Source: Candidatus Marinacidobacterales bacterium
GTDB taxonomy: Bacteria; Acidobacteriota; Vicinamibacteria; Marinacidobacterales; SMYC01
NCBI GenBank assembly: GCA_965237955.1
Contig: OZ250169.1
Location: 7,232,001-7,296,000 of the forward strand
DNA length: 64,000 nucleotides
Direction: 5' to 3'
This document shows, piece by piece, positions 40,806 to 50,690 of the stretch (its first letter is position 1; every line of letters begins with the position of its first letter). The notes under the pieces were generated by a model. It saw only the letters and a program-made list of their open reading frames with translations, was not told the DNA's origin and ran no database searches. A program made the translations under genes and the position numbers.

Positions 40806-42731
40806 GGGCCGGCGACAAAATAAGTTCCCGTTTTCAAGACGGTCGGATGGTGTAGTTCCATTTGGGTAGAGTCTGGTCCTTTGTAACGGAAAGCGCCTGC
40901 ATCCGCTCGTCAGTGATTTTGACGCCCTTCGGATAACGACGCCGGATAAGGTGTGCGCGTACTCGCAAACCGGAAGAGGTGGTGGTCGTGCGGATGTATT
41001 TGAGGATGGTTTCGTAGCTGTCGAGAGGCCTGCCCGCCCAGTTCTTGCTGATCTCGCTGAACAGACGGTGCTCCACTGGATTCCACTTGGATGAACCGGA
41101 CGGATAGTGGGCTATGGTGATAGCGATGTCGTGGCGATTGCAAATCCGCGTTTGAAGCCCGTGCTTCCAACCCCGACACCGATAGCCATTGCTGCCCCCG
41201 GCGTCTGCCAATATCGCGAGGTCACGGGCTGCAGGATAGCGTCGCCGTCCTTCCGTTCGCCACCACTTCTCGATGGCATTCACGGCGAAGTCCGGGGTGT
41301 TGTACGAGGTACCAATGAACACTGTCCCGCGGTTCGCGAGCAGATCGTAGACGCCGTAGGGGATTGCGATGCCGTTCGATTCGGAACGGAAGTCATGGTC
41401 TTTGACGAGAGTCGGCTCGCGGTTCCAGGCCTGCCCGCCGTTTTTGAATAATCCCACCAGCTCCCGTTTCTTCGTGTCTACGCTGATGATGGGATGACCA
41501 GCTGCGGCAAAACGCTCGCGCAGTTCGGCGATACACGCGAATTGGGTATCGCGATCTTCGGACGTGGCACCGCACAGCTTCTTGTGGTTCACCCGCAACG
41601 AGAAGCCGAGCTGTTTGAGCAGTCGACCGACGGTTTTGCTGCTGACGTTCACACTGAGGCTTCTTAGCTCGCAAGCAATCTTGTCGGTGGTCCGCCGCGT
41701 CCATTTCACTCCCGTCATCGGATCGCCCGCGGTGTCGTGCTTCATGAGTTCTTCGATCTTGGCGATGACTTCTGGCGTTTTTTTTGCACGGCGCGCCGTC
41801 CGCCACCCTTTCGCCGAACTCCGTCGAGCTCAACATCTCTCATTAGTAATTCCCTACGACCTCTGGCTACCGTGCTCGGATCCATCCCGAGCAGTTCGGC
41901 AATCTGTTGGTCGCCACCGTGACCGAGCTTCATGGCCTCGACCCCCGCGTAGAGACGGCGCTGCTTTTCATCGAGCAGGCTGTAGAAAAGAACGATCGCA
42001 GCCTTCAACTCCACGGGGAGCACGCGGACTCCCCCGACCCAGCCCAACGTGGAAGGTGACGCCTCATGTACCTGGCGGGCCGAGAGCTGTTGCTTGCGCG
42101 TGCTCACATCGGTGGCCAGATACAGATATCGGCCGAACACCTGCTCGCGCGCCAATCTTTTCTCTCGGACCAGTTTCAACAGAGGAGCCTTGACGTCAAC
42201 CTGCACCTCGTCCTCGAGCTCGTCGACGTAGTAGCCTGCCTCACAGGCCGCGACCAACGCTTTTACCGTCGCAAGCAACGTCCCGTACTTCGAGAACCAC
42301 ACTGAGCGCAACGACCAAAGACCTTTTCGATCGAACTGGGCGATCTCGTCCAACGTGTAGTAGCTACCACGGTGGGAGTAGCTTGTCCGATACGCCAACT
42401 CATTGAGCTTTCGGAAGACGGTCGAGTCCACATCGGTACCCAACACTGCCTTCAAATCATCGAGGGTAGCTATTTTGTGCTTCCTCAACAGGCGGTCGAG
42501 ATCTTCAGACTGATAGCTCGTAGGTCTCATAATAGGAGAAGTGCTCCTTGATAGGCGTAATCCTCCCTAAAATGAGGACCGTTTGTCAAACACGCGCTGG
42601 TTGCTGAAGATCTACAAATGTTCCGTTTCTAGGGAGCTTGCCAGGCTCTCGTGATGCCAGACGACATCGCGATCACGACCTGAAACAGGAAGAGTGTGCT
42701 CAAAACTAGACAGTTATTTTGTCGGCGGCCC
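40806..42731 (-). mobile_element. ISAzo13-family element, complete
   Basis: IRs GGGCCG(G/C)CGACAAAATAA. TAA duplicated at 40803-40805 and 42732-42734. Confidence 0.9.
40834..42530 (-). CDS. ISAzo13 transposase in two ORFs joined by a probable -1 frameshift at an A8 run
   Basis: ORF1 41742-42530 (LDEKQRRLYAG...TVARGRREL). ORF2 has TAGDPM..KWT, ISVDTKKRELVG, ADAGGSN, SKWNPVEHRLFS. T8 at 41778-41785. Confidence 0.85.
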
Positions 42732-42742
42732 TAAGGGTGGAT

Positions 42743-42757
42743 CGGCACGGAACTTGC
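42743..42757 (+). promoter_or_regulatory. Putative sigma54 (-24/-12) promoter
   Basis: CGGCACGGAACTTGC, with exact GG-N10-GC spacing. Confidence 0.5.
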
Positions 42758-42768
42758 GACTGAAACCC

Positions 42769-43965
42769 GTGCCATTGAAGGGCACCATCGAACTCGACTC
42801 CGTGCGCCGGCAATTCGGCCGGGGGACGGTCATCTTCGAAGAACGCGAGCCCGCGAGCTACGCGTACGTGATCGAGACCGGCCTCGTCGAAATCTCGACC
42901 GACGTCGACGACGAGAGGCGGGTGCTGGCCACGATGGGTCCCGGTGAGATGTTCGGTGAGATGGCGGCGCTCGACGGTACCGAGCGCTCGGCCACAGCGA
43001 CGGCCATCGAAGATACCGAGCTCACTCTCATCGTCAGCGACCAGCTACGCTCACGCGTGGAATCGGCCGAGCCGATCCTGAAACTTCTGCTCCGGGTCAT
43101 CCTCAATAGATTTCGGCACGAGCAGAGACTCTTTCGGCATCCGGGAAACGGAACGTTCGAAGCCATAACCCTCGACGCCGAATACGATGTATCGAAGGGG
43201 GCTATCGACAAGATCAAGCTCGAAAGCGATCTGCGCGGCGCACTCGATAGACGTGAGCTCGCTCTTCACTATCAGCCGATCGTGAGCCTCGCTTCCGGTG
43301 ACGTCGCGGGTTTCGAAGCGCTTCTCCGCTGGCGGCACCGAGAGCTCGGAATGATCCCACCGCAGAGTTTCATCGGCCTCGCCGAGGAGACCGCGCTGAT
43401 TGTTCCCATCGGACGTTGGGTGCTGGAGCAAGCGTGCCGGGACCTCGTGCGTTTCCAAGCGCACGCGCGCGACGACGTCACCATGAGCGTGAACGTCTCC
43501 GGACGCCAATTCTCCGAGCCGGCGTTCATCGGTGAGCTCGCGAACGTGATGGCGGAAACGAGCATCGACCCGGAAACGCTCAAGCTCGAGATTACCGAAT
43601 CGGTCCTCATGGACTATCAGTCGGCGCCGCTACGCTGGATCGAGCAATGTAAACGCCTGGGTGCTCAAATCGCGCTCGACGACTTCGGAACCGGGTTCTC
43701 GAGTCTCAGCTATCTCGCGAGCTTTCCCATCGATACCCTGAAGATCGATCGATCGTTCGTCGCCGCGATGCATAAGGATCCGCGCAGTCTCAAGATCGTG
43801 CGCGCGATCAATCAACTCGCCCACGGCATCGGCCTCGACGTCGTTGCCGAGGGGATCGAAGAGCCGGAACAGCGCGACGAACTCGCGCAAATGGGTTGCG
43901 CGCTCGGTCAAGGCTTTCTTTTCTCGAAAGCCGTCCACTTCGACGAGGCCGTCGAGCTCCTCTGA
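42769..43965 (+). CDS. cNMP-binding + EAL c-di-GMP phosphodiesterase
   Basis: GEMFGEMA...RSATA (cNMP). YQPIV, FEALLRW, VNVS, LEITES, ALDDFGTGFSSL, LKIDRSF, VAEGIE, QG. Start inferred. Confidence 0.92.
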   Translation: MPLKGTIELDSVRRQFGRGTVIFEEREPASYAYVIETGLVEISTDVDDERRVLATMGPGEMFGEMAALDGTERSATATAIEDTELTLIVSDQLRSRVESAEPILKLLLRVILNRFRHEQRLFRHPGNGTFEAITLDAEYDVSKGAIDKIKLESDLRGALDRRELALHYQPIVSLASGDVAGFEALLRWRHRELGMIPPQSFIGLAEETALIVPIGRWVLEQACRDLVRFQAHARDDVTMSVNVSGRQFSEPAFIGELANVMAETSIDPETLKLEITESVLMDYQSAPLRWIEQCKRLGAQIALDDFGTGFSSLSYLASFPIDTLKIDRSFVAAMHKDPRSLKIVRAINQLAHGIGLDVVAEGIEEPEQRDELAQMGCALGQGFLFSKAVHFDEAVELL

Positions 43966-43967
43966 TC

Positions 43968-44159
43968 TCAGTATCCGTGACCGGTGTTCCATAATCCCCG
44001 GATGCGGAAGCCGCTGGAACTAGAAAAAGAGGATCGCGTCGCGATCGCAGCAATCATGTGGTTGCCATAGAGGGTCGCAACGCCTTTGAAGTTGTCGTTG
44101 GCTCCGTTGGCGTAGGCCACGAACAGCGCACCGAGCAAGAGACCGGCGACAATCACCAT
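43968..44159 (-). pseudogene. PiT-family phosphate/anion transporter, first 32 or so codons
   Basis: ANGANDNFKGVATLYG signature, then unrelated sequence. Confidence 0.8.
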
Positions 44160-44173
44160 GGCTTTTCCAGCCG

Positions 44174-45340
44174 TCAGCAGCAGTTACCGTCGGGTCCGCA
44201 GTACGGCGCGTCGGTTGTCTCGGTGGCGTCGTAGTCGAGCCCCTTGGTCTCGCGCGCATGGCGCACCGCGTCCTTCCGGCAATCGAACGGTACCGCTTCT
44301 GAAAGAGGAATCTCCTCGTAAGGCTCTACGGCTTCGATGTCCGCTGCGTAGGGCTCGGATTTGTAAATGTTGAAAGTCTTGTCGCAGACCGCCATGCGTT
44401 GGCCTCGAAAAAGCGCGTGCCCGTCATCGTCGGTGACGCTCCGCCATGGCCCTTTGTAGATCACGGCTTGATGGCGCTCGAGGCACGGGCCTTCCTTCCC
44501 CTTGAAGGCTCGGACCGTGAGCGCGCGGAACTCGATGCCCTCGACGCTCTGCCAGGGTCTTTCGTCCCGCGCGAGGATCTCGACGCCGTAGAACCCGGCT
44601 TCCTCGAATGCCTTCAAGAACAGGTCTTCACGAAACGCACCGGAAATGCAGCCGCTCCAGAGATCGGGATCGGCTTGCAAGTGCTCGGGCACGTCTTCGT
44701 CGCTAACGATGTCCGAGATGACGACGCGTCCACCCCTCTTCAGGACACGATGCATCTCGCGGAAGAGCCCGGATTTCGACTGCGGGTCGACGAGGTTGAG
44801 CACGCAGTTACTCACCACGACGGCGATCGAGGCCGACGGGATCATCGGGTTCTCCCTCCGCTCCTTCTCTTTCCAGTGGCCCACGGCCTCGAGCTCCTCG
44901 ACGGTGCGTACAGGATGAGACTCGAGATGGGCCTCGAGCCGTTCTTGATCGAGAGCGAGGTCTTGAATCTTGCCTTTGCGGAGCTCGACGTTGTGATAGC
45001 CGAGCGCGTCCCCGATGCTCTGCCGGTAGTTGCGCGCCAGCGCGAGCATGTCATCGTTTATTTCGACGCCGATGACGCGGCCTTCCGGCCCCACCACCTG
45101 AGACGCGATATAACAAATCTTGCCGCCACCGCTTCCGAGGTCCAGAACCGTTTCTCCCGGATGCAGGTGCTTCGAAGGGTCCCCGCAGCCGTAGTCCCGC
45201 TCGAGGATCTCTTCGGGAATCACCGACAGGTATCGCGGGTCGTAGTCCACGGGACAGCAGAGCTCTCGCTCTCGCGCCGTTGCCGCCTGCGAGTAGCGCG
45301 ACTTCACGGCTCGTTCGGGGTTTATCTCGGTTGTCGCCAT
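44174..45340 (-). CDS. arsM: Arsenite S-adenosylmethionine methyltransferase-like protein
   Basis: LCCPV, YGCGDP, VLDLGSGGG, SNCVLNL, WSGCISGA and terminal CC. Start overlaps the upstream stop (TGATG). Confidence 0.82.
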   Translation of the reverse strand: MATTEINPERAVKSRYSQAATARERELCCPVDYDPRYLSVIPEEILERDYGCGDPSKHLHPGETVLDLGSGGGKICYIASQVVGPEGRVIGVEINDDMLALARNYRQSIGDALGYHNVELRKGKIQDLALDQERLEAHLESHPVRTVEELEAVGHWKEKERRENPMIPSASIAVVVSNCVLNLVDPQSKSGLFREMHRVLKRGGRVVISDIVSDEDVPEHLQADPDLWSGCISGAFREDLFLKAFEEAGFYGVEILARDERPWQSVEGIEFRALTVRAFKGKEGPCLERHQAVIYKGPWRSVTDDDGHALFRGQRMAVCDKTFNIYKSEPYAADIEAVEPYEEIPLSEAVPFDCRKDAVRHARETKGLDYDATETTDAPYCGPDGNCC

Positions 45341-46134
45341 CAGAAGCTTCCTTTCTTTCGCTCTTTCGCCGGGAGAATCTCGAGGCAGGTGGTCCACCAT
45401 CCGTGCCGGATCGTGTCCATGAACTCCACCGGGAGACCCTCCTGCTTCATCTCGAGCGCCAGGCTCTCGTGGTCGTAGTCCACGGGGACGAACTCGGCGT
45501 CGAAGCCGTTGCGGGCGTCGAGAATCGTGTACCAGACGTTGGTCCGTCCATCGTTGGCGGGCCGCCCCACGACACCGACGTTGACGAAGTGCCGGTCGCC
45601 GGTAAGCTCGCGCTTCCAATGAAGACCGGTATGCGTGGCTAGCACCACGTCGGCGTGATGCGAGTCCACCATCTTCTCGAGAAAATGCGTCGGGGTCGTA
45701 GACTCCCAGAGGAACTCGTTCATCTTTCGAGGCGAACCGTGGCTCATGAGCACCCGGTAGCCGCCGAGCTCGATGCGGATCGACTCCGGGAGCGATCGCA
45801 TCCACGACTTCCATCGGTCCGAGGTTCGGTCGAAGGTGTAGTCGTAGGAGATCTTCGCGAAGAAGTTGTCGCGGGGGTCGGTGTACCCGCACTGGCAGTC
45901 GTTGAGTCCGCGCCCGATGGAGTTGTCGTAGTTCCCCTGCATCACCCGTACGCCCGCTTCGAGCAACAAAGGAAACGTCTTGTCGGGGTGCGGCCCGAAG
46001 GCGCCGAGATCCCCGAGACAGAATATGGCGTCGACGTCGCGCCGGCGGGCGTCGGCAATGGCGGCCTCGAGGGCGATATGGTTGCTGTAGACGCCGCCGA
46101 GAGCGGCGATTCTCTCGAAGCGCTCAGGCCGCAT
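45340..46134 (-). CDS. Atypical metallophosphoesterase-family protein
   Basis: CLGDLG, GNYD, HGSP, THTG motifs. Motif I is GGVYSN rather than DxH. CQCGY insert. Confidence 0.8.
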   Translation of the reverse strand: MRPERFERIAALGGVYSNHIALEAAIADARRRDVDAIFCLGDLGAFGPHPDKTFPLLLEAGVRVMQGNYDNSIGRGLNDCQCGYTDPRDNFFAKISYDYTFDRTSDRWKSWMRSLPESIRIELGGYRVLMSHGSPRKMNEFLWESTTPTHFLEKMVDSHHADVVLATHTGLHWKRELTGDRHFVNVGVVGRPANDGRTNVWYTILDARNGFDAEFVPVDYDHESLALEMKQEGLPVEFMDTIRHGWWTTCLEILPAKERKKGSF

Positions 46135-47014
46135 CGCCGCCTCCCGCGCTCACATTGCTGCAAATGGCGCCGCCTACATAGCAGGTGTAGCAGGCTCCAT
46201 GCGCGAGCGGATAGGAGCCGAGCGACTCGGACAGGGTCTTTCCCATGCGGGCTTCCGGCGAGTCGATGAGGATGGGGCAGACGTAGACGCCCTTGTCGGT
46301 CACGATCCGCGAGTGGGTGCAGATGAGCTGAGAGACGTCGAAGTCCTCGAGCATCTCCACGGTCACCTTCTCCGACGGGTGATAGCCGCGATTGCGTTCG
46401 ACTTCCGCGCCGATCCGCAAGGTCGGAATGATCTTCACTCGGGGGCGCTCGTATCCTGCATCTCGCAGCACGCTCACGAAACGCGCGAAGACGTCGTCGT
46501 TGCGATCGTCGTCCCAGGTTTGCGCCACGGTGATGATCGGGAGGAAGCCGTGCTGCAGAAGAAGCCGCACACCGGCCATCGCGCGCACGAACGTCCCGTC
46601 CCCGCGAATGGGATCGTTCGTCTCGCTCGAGTAGCCGTCGATACTCACCCGAAACTCCAGGCTGTAGGGCGAAAGCACCTCGGCCCGCTCCAGCCGGGCG
46701 GCGGCCTCCGGTTTCAACAACGTCCCGTTCGTGAGCACGGTCGCCGGACCGAGCTCCAGGGTGCGCTCGAGAATCTCGACCATGTCCGGGTGTATGAAGG
46801 GCTCTCCCCCCGTGTAGTAGTACTCCTTGACGCCGAGCTCCCGAGACTCTTCGAGTGCGAGGAGCACGGCCTCACGGGAGAGGAGCTCGAACGTGTGGTT
46901 CGTCGGACCACACGAGATGAAGCAGTGGTGGCACGTCAGATTGCACAGCGTTCCCGAGATCTGGAACCAGAGATCGTCGAGGGCGCGAAGCTCGACCTGG
47001 GCACTCGCGCTCAC
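46124..47014 (-). CDS. Radical SAM protein with C-terminal Cys cluster
   Basis: CNLTCHHC, TGGEP, LTNG, VSIDG. C...C...CYTC....C tail. GTG overlaps the upstream stop (GTGA). Confidence 0.9.
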   Translation of the reverse strand: MSASAQVELRALDDLWFQISGTLCNLTCHHCFISCGPTNHTFELLSREAVLLALEESRELGVKEYYYTGGEPFIHPDMVEILERTLELGPATVLTNGTLLKPEAAARLERAEVLSPYSLEFRVSIDGYSSETNDPIRGDGTFVRAMAGVRLLLQHGFLPIITVAQTWDDDRNDDVFARFVSVLRDAGYERPRVKIIPTLRIGAEVERNRGYHPSEKVTVEMLEDFDVSQLICTHSRIVTDKGVYVCPILIDSPEARMGKTLSESLGSYPLAHGACYTCYVGGAICSNVSAGGGDAA

Positions 47015-48222
47015 GAGGCTCGCTCCTTCCGCCCCTCGGCGGCCAGCAGTCCGAACACTTCTTCGATCTGCTGGAGCCCGATGCGGATCAGGAAGTTCGA
47101 GCCTTTGCCGTAGCTCTTGGCCCCGAGAATGAAGAAATTCGGTTCCGGATTTCTGAGAACCTCGGCACCTTTGGACGTCTGCGCCAGGCAGTCGACCGGG
47201 CTTTCGCCGAGAAGAGCTGCGGCAAGTTTCATCGGAGCCAGCGAGGCGTAGCACTCGTGGACTTGGAGCTCTCGATAGAGGCTTCGGTCCGGATGGTACC
47301 CGACGTGGGCAAGGATCCGGTCCACGGTCACGAGCTTGGTTACCCGCGACGAGCGAAGCTCGACTTCGAACGCGGAGCTCTCACGCCGTACCGACTCGAC
47401 GGTGTGCTCTGGATAGAAGTGGACCCGGGCGTCGCCTCCCGCCGCGAGCTCACCTGCGAGCTCGGAGAGCCTCTTGCGCTCGGGAAGCGGATCGTCGGCG
47501 ATGACGGCGGGCGGCTTCTGTCTTCGCGCGACCCAGTGGACCGTCGTTTCGGGAAGGGCCCTCAAACCGTCGAGCGCCGTGCTCGCCGAGTGACCGTCGC
47601 CGACGAGGAGAACACGCTTTGCCTCGTATCTCGCGCGATCCGTCCCGGGGACGTCTTCGAGCTCGTAGGCAATGTGCTCCTCGAGCGCGCGCTCTCCGAG
47701 AGCCGGTACGTTCCCGTTTCCCATCCAATTGTGGTTTCCATACGTCCCCGAACAGTCGAAAAGGACGTCTGCCTCCACGAGCTCTTCGTCGCCGGCCTCG
47801 CTTTCGACGAGAAGCCGGAACGGATACCGCTCCCGCGGACCGCCGATGAGGTCGCCCTTCCCGATGCCGTCGCGGCCGACCGAGACCACGCGCGTGTTCT
47901 GGTGGATGCATCCCGACAGAGGGGCTGTGCGCGACAGAGGCTCGAGATAGCGCTCGAGGTGCTCCTCCCCGGTGAGATACTCCCCGGCCTCGGGAAGCTT
48001 GAAACCTTCGGCTTGGAGAAGGCGCGCACCCCGCCCCGAGTGATCGAGCTCGAAGGAAGAGAAGAGCCGCACGTGTCCCCAGCGCCGCAGGTTCCCGCCG
48101 ACGGCTCCACGCTCATAGACGCGAACGTCGTATCCGAGCTCGCGCCCGGCGAGCGCGGCCTCGATTCCGATCGGGCCAGCGCCGATGATGGCTAGTCTGT
48201 GCAAGTCTATGGGCCTTTCCAC
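47011..48222 (-). CDS. FAD-dependent oxidoreductase/monooxygenase of the type seen in ars clusters
   Basis: GAGPIG, DCSGTYG, VGDGHSA, HECYAS, EPNFFILGAKSYG. GGGAG SD before GTG 48222. Confidence 0.82.
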   Translation of the reverse strand: MERPIDLHRLAIIGAGPIGIEAALAGRELGYDVRVYERGAVGGNLRRWGHVRLFSSFELDHSGRGARLLQAEGFKLPEAGEYLTGEEHLERYLEPLSRTAPLSGCIHQNTRVVSVGRDGIGKGDLIGGPRERYPFRLLVESEAGDEELVEADVLFDCSGTYGNHNWMGNGNVPALGERALEEHIAYELEDVPGTDRARYEAKRVLLVGDGHSASTALDGLRALPETTVHWVARRQKPPAVIADDPLPERKRLSELAGELAAGGDARVHFYPEHTVESVRRESSAFEVELRSSRVTKLVTVDRILAHVGYHPDRSLYRELQVHECYASLAPMKLAAALLGESPVDCLAQTSKGAEVLRNPEPNFFILGAKSYGKGSNFLIRIGLQQIEEVFGLLAAEGRKERAS

Positions 48223-48266
48223 GGATACACTCCCGGTCCGCCTTTCGCGGATCTCGAACAGAAGGA

Positions 48267-49034
48267 TTAGAGCGTCGTGCAGGAAGGCAGCGGCGGAGCG
48301 CGCAACCGGTGGGCGGCGGCGGGTGAGAGGCGCTTGAGAGAGTGATGAGCCTCTTCGATGGTCCAAAGTTCCGGTACGGAAAGTCGTCGAATCCGAGAGA
48401 CGAGCCTCTTCAGAGCTACTCGGGCCCGCGGTCCATGGCTCGAGATGCGGTTCAAAAAGCGCACGAGCTCCTGAGCGCTATCGATGTCTTCGAGCTTCCG
48501 AAGTTGCGCCACCCCGAAGCCGCTTTCCTGAAGCCGCTCCACGGTCCGTTGCGCAACCTCGGCCGAGCCCCAGGGCATCGCTTCGAAGGCCGCGATGCAC
48601 GGCTCCGTCAGGCCGATAAGGTTGTAGCCTCCGTCGGTCGCCGGACCGACGACGGCCTTCCGTTCTCCTCGTGAGAGCTCGTCGAGAGCGGTTTTCACGT
48701 AATCCTGAGAGATCTCCGGCGCATCGTTCCCGATGACGACGACCCGCCGGTAGCCGCGCGCGAACGCCTCCTCGACCGCAAGCCTGAGCGATTCTCCGAA
48801 GTCTCTCCCTCGTTGACGGAGCCACTGAGCTCCCGGCGGGAGATCGACCGGTGCCTCGCTGGCGACGAGTAGATCGGCGCCGCTCAGACCCGTGCACACC
48901 GTCTGAACGTGCTCGATCAGGGTGGCAAAAAGAGCCGTGGCACGCTGCGACCCGTGGAGCCCGAGGGGTTTTCTAACCGCTTCCGCCTCCGGCGTCAGCG
49001 TGAAGAGGACGACCGCCGAGCTCGAGCGCCGCAT
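48267..49034 (-). CDS. DUF2064 / TIGR04282-like (CofC-like) transferase
   Basis: QRGRDFGESL, VVIGNDAP, VVGPATDGGYNLIGL, MPW, LEDIDS. Confidence 0.85.
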   Translation of the reverse strand: MRRSSSAVVLFTLTPEAEAVRKPLGLHGSQRATALFATLIEHVQTVCTGLSGADLLVASEAPVDLPPGAQWLRQRGRDFGESLRLAVEEAFARGYRRVVVIGNDAPEISQDYVKTALDELSRGERKAVVGPATDGGYNLIGLTEPCIAAFEAMPWGSAEVAQRTVERLQESGFGVAQLRKLEDIDSAQELVRFLNRISSHGPRARVALKRLVSRIRRLSVPELWTIEEAHHSLKRLSPAAAHRLRAPPLPSCTTL

Positions 49035-49138
49035 GACGCTACTCTACCAGACCACACGGCCGGGGCCTATGAATCCTTTCACAGGATCTGCTCGCACCTC
49101 CTCGTCATGCACCTATACGTCTGACGGCACATCTATCA

Positions 49139-49603
49139 GGCTACGCCGTCTTCTCAGCGATGGAAGAGCTCGAGCCTGATTTTCTCGTCGCGAACGGCGA
49201 CATGATCTACGCGGACAGCGAGTGCGCCGCGGAGCGCGCCGAAGGTGGCCGGAACATCCCCGGCGATTTCCCCAAGATCGACGATCCGAGCGTCGACTGG
49301 ACCAACGCGTCAGCCGTGAGAGAGATTTACCTCGCGCATTGGCGGTACAACCGCGCCGACCCCCACTTCCAGAGTCTCCTATCGAAAGCGTCGATGTACT
49401 CCCAGTGGGAAGACCGATGTCGATGGCGACGGCGATCGGCTGTTGTTCCACGAGCTCATAAGCGGCCCGCTGAGCGCGTTCAAGTCCGCGCCGCGGGGTC
49501 CCGACCCTACTTTCCAGCCACGCATCCTCTATGCCGAAGGCGAGCTCTTCAACTTCTCCTTCGTGCGCATCGAGCGTCGTGACGGCGTTTCCCACCTCCT
49601 CGC
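49139..49603 (+). pseudogene. PhoD-type alkaline phosphatase remnant, internally deleted and truncated by IS5
   Basis: PDFLVANGDMIYAD...YSQWED, then jumps to HELISGPL...NFSFVRI. Confidence 0.7.
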
Positions 49604-50690
49604 TGCCTTGGTGCACAACTCGCGATCTCGGTCCACAATTGTCCTTTACTCACGGATTCGAGGTTCCCCATGAGCATTTTCAAACGCACTCAGCGGAAGT
49701 ATGTGAAGAAGGCCTATCGCGTGAGGAATTGGCGTGAATATGAGGCGGGTCTACGCAACCGTGGGAGCCTGACCGTCTGGATCTCGCTCACCGCCGGCAA
49801 GCTTGTGAACTGGGACGCGCCCCGGCCGAGGAGGAGGAAACCGGGCCGTCAACGCAAGTACTCGAACCACGCCATCGAGACGGCTGTCACCCTGGGCATG
49901 GTGTTTCATCTGTCATCTAGGCAGAGCGAGGGATTGCTGCGATCGTTGTTCGCTCTGATGAAGCTAGACAATGATGTGCCCGATCACACCACGATCTCGA
50001 GGCGCAAGGCGAAGCTGGGTAAGGTCCCCTTCTACCAAGACAAGCAGAAGACGCCGTTGCACATCTTGATCGACAGCAGCGGTCTCGCTGTCCACGCCGG
50101 CCAGCTGCGCAGAGCACCAAAGAGCAGGGACTATCGCAAGCTCCATCTGTGTGTCGACGAGCAGAGTGGCGAAGTCGTCGCCGGCGAGCTGACGAGCAAA
50201 AGAGCCCGCGATTCATCGCGGGTTGCATCGCTTGTCGGACAGATCGACAGTCCCATCTCATCGGCCAGAGCTGACACCGCATACGACGCCGGCGGCGTCT
50301 ATGAGGCAATCGAGAATCACAGCGCTCATTGCTCGCCGAGGGTGCTGATACCGCCGCGCAAGGGCGCCCAGCTCGCATCGGGGCCGGCGAGCAGCCGACA
50401 GCGCAATCGCAACATTGCAGCACAAGCTCGGCTCGGCAAACGAAAGTGGCACACAGAATCGGGCTACAGCAAACGGAGCAAAGTCGAGACAACGTTCCAT
50501 CGCTACAAGGCTATCGTGGGCTCAGCGATGCGAGCGAGAGGGTTGGCGGCACAGAGAGTCGAGGCAAGGATCGGGTGCAAGATTCTGAACACCATGACGG
50601 CGCTCGGGATGCCTGATAGCGAGATGATCGGATGATGGGAGTCGGGGCCAAGCGAGCTCTCGGCCTCTATCGGAGTTGTGCACCAAGGCA
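49604..50690 (+). mobile_element. IS5 family copy 3, 1087 bp
   Basis: Same 18-bp IRs, inverted relative to copies 1 and 2. No TSD. Confidence 0.93.
49670..50635 (+). CDS. IS5-family transposase
   Basis: 321 aa, same translation as copy 2. Confidence 0.93.
   Translation: MSIFKRTQRKYVKKAYRVRNWREYEAGLRNRGSLTVWISLTAGKLVNWDAPRPRRRKPGRQRKYSNHAIETAVTLGMVFHLSSRQSEGLLRSLFALMKLDNDVPDHTTISRRKAKLGKVPFYQDKQKTPLHILIDSSGLAVHAGQLRRAPKSRDYRKLHLCVDEQSGEVVAGELTSKRARDSSRVASLVGQIDSPISSARADTAYDAGGVYEAIENHSAHCSPRVLIPPRKGAQLASGPASSRQRNRNIAAQARLGKRKWHTESGYSKRSKVETTFHRYKAIVGSAMRARGLAAQRVEARIGCKILNTMTALGMPDSEMIG

Noticed and set aside
44174-45892. 572-aa methyltransferase ORF
   Set aside because: The upstream 184 codons overlap the metallophosphoesterase out of frame. 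The real start is 45340.
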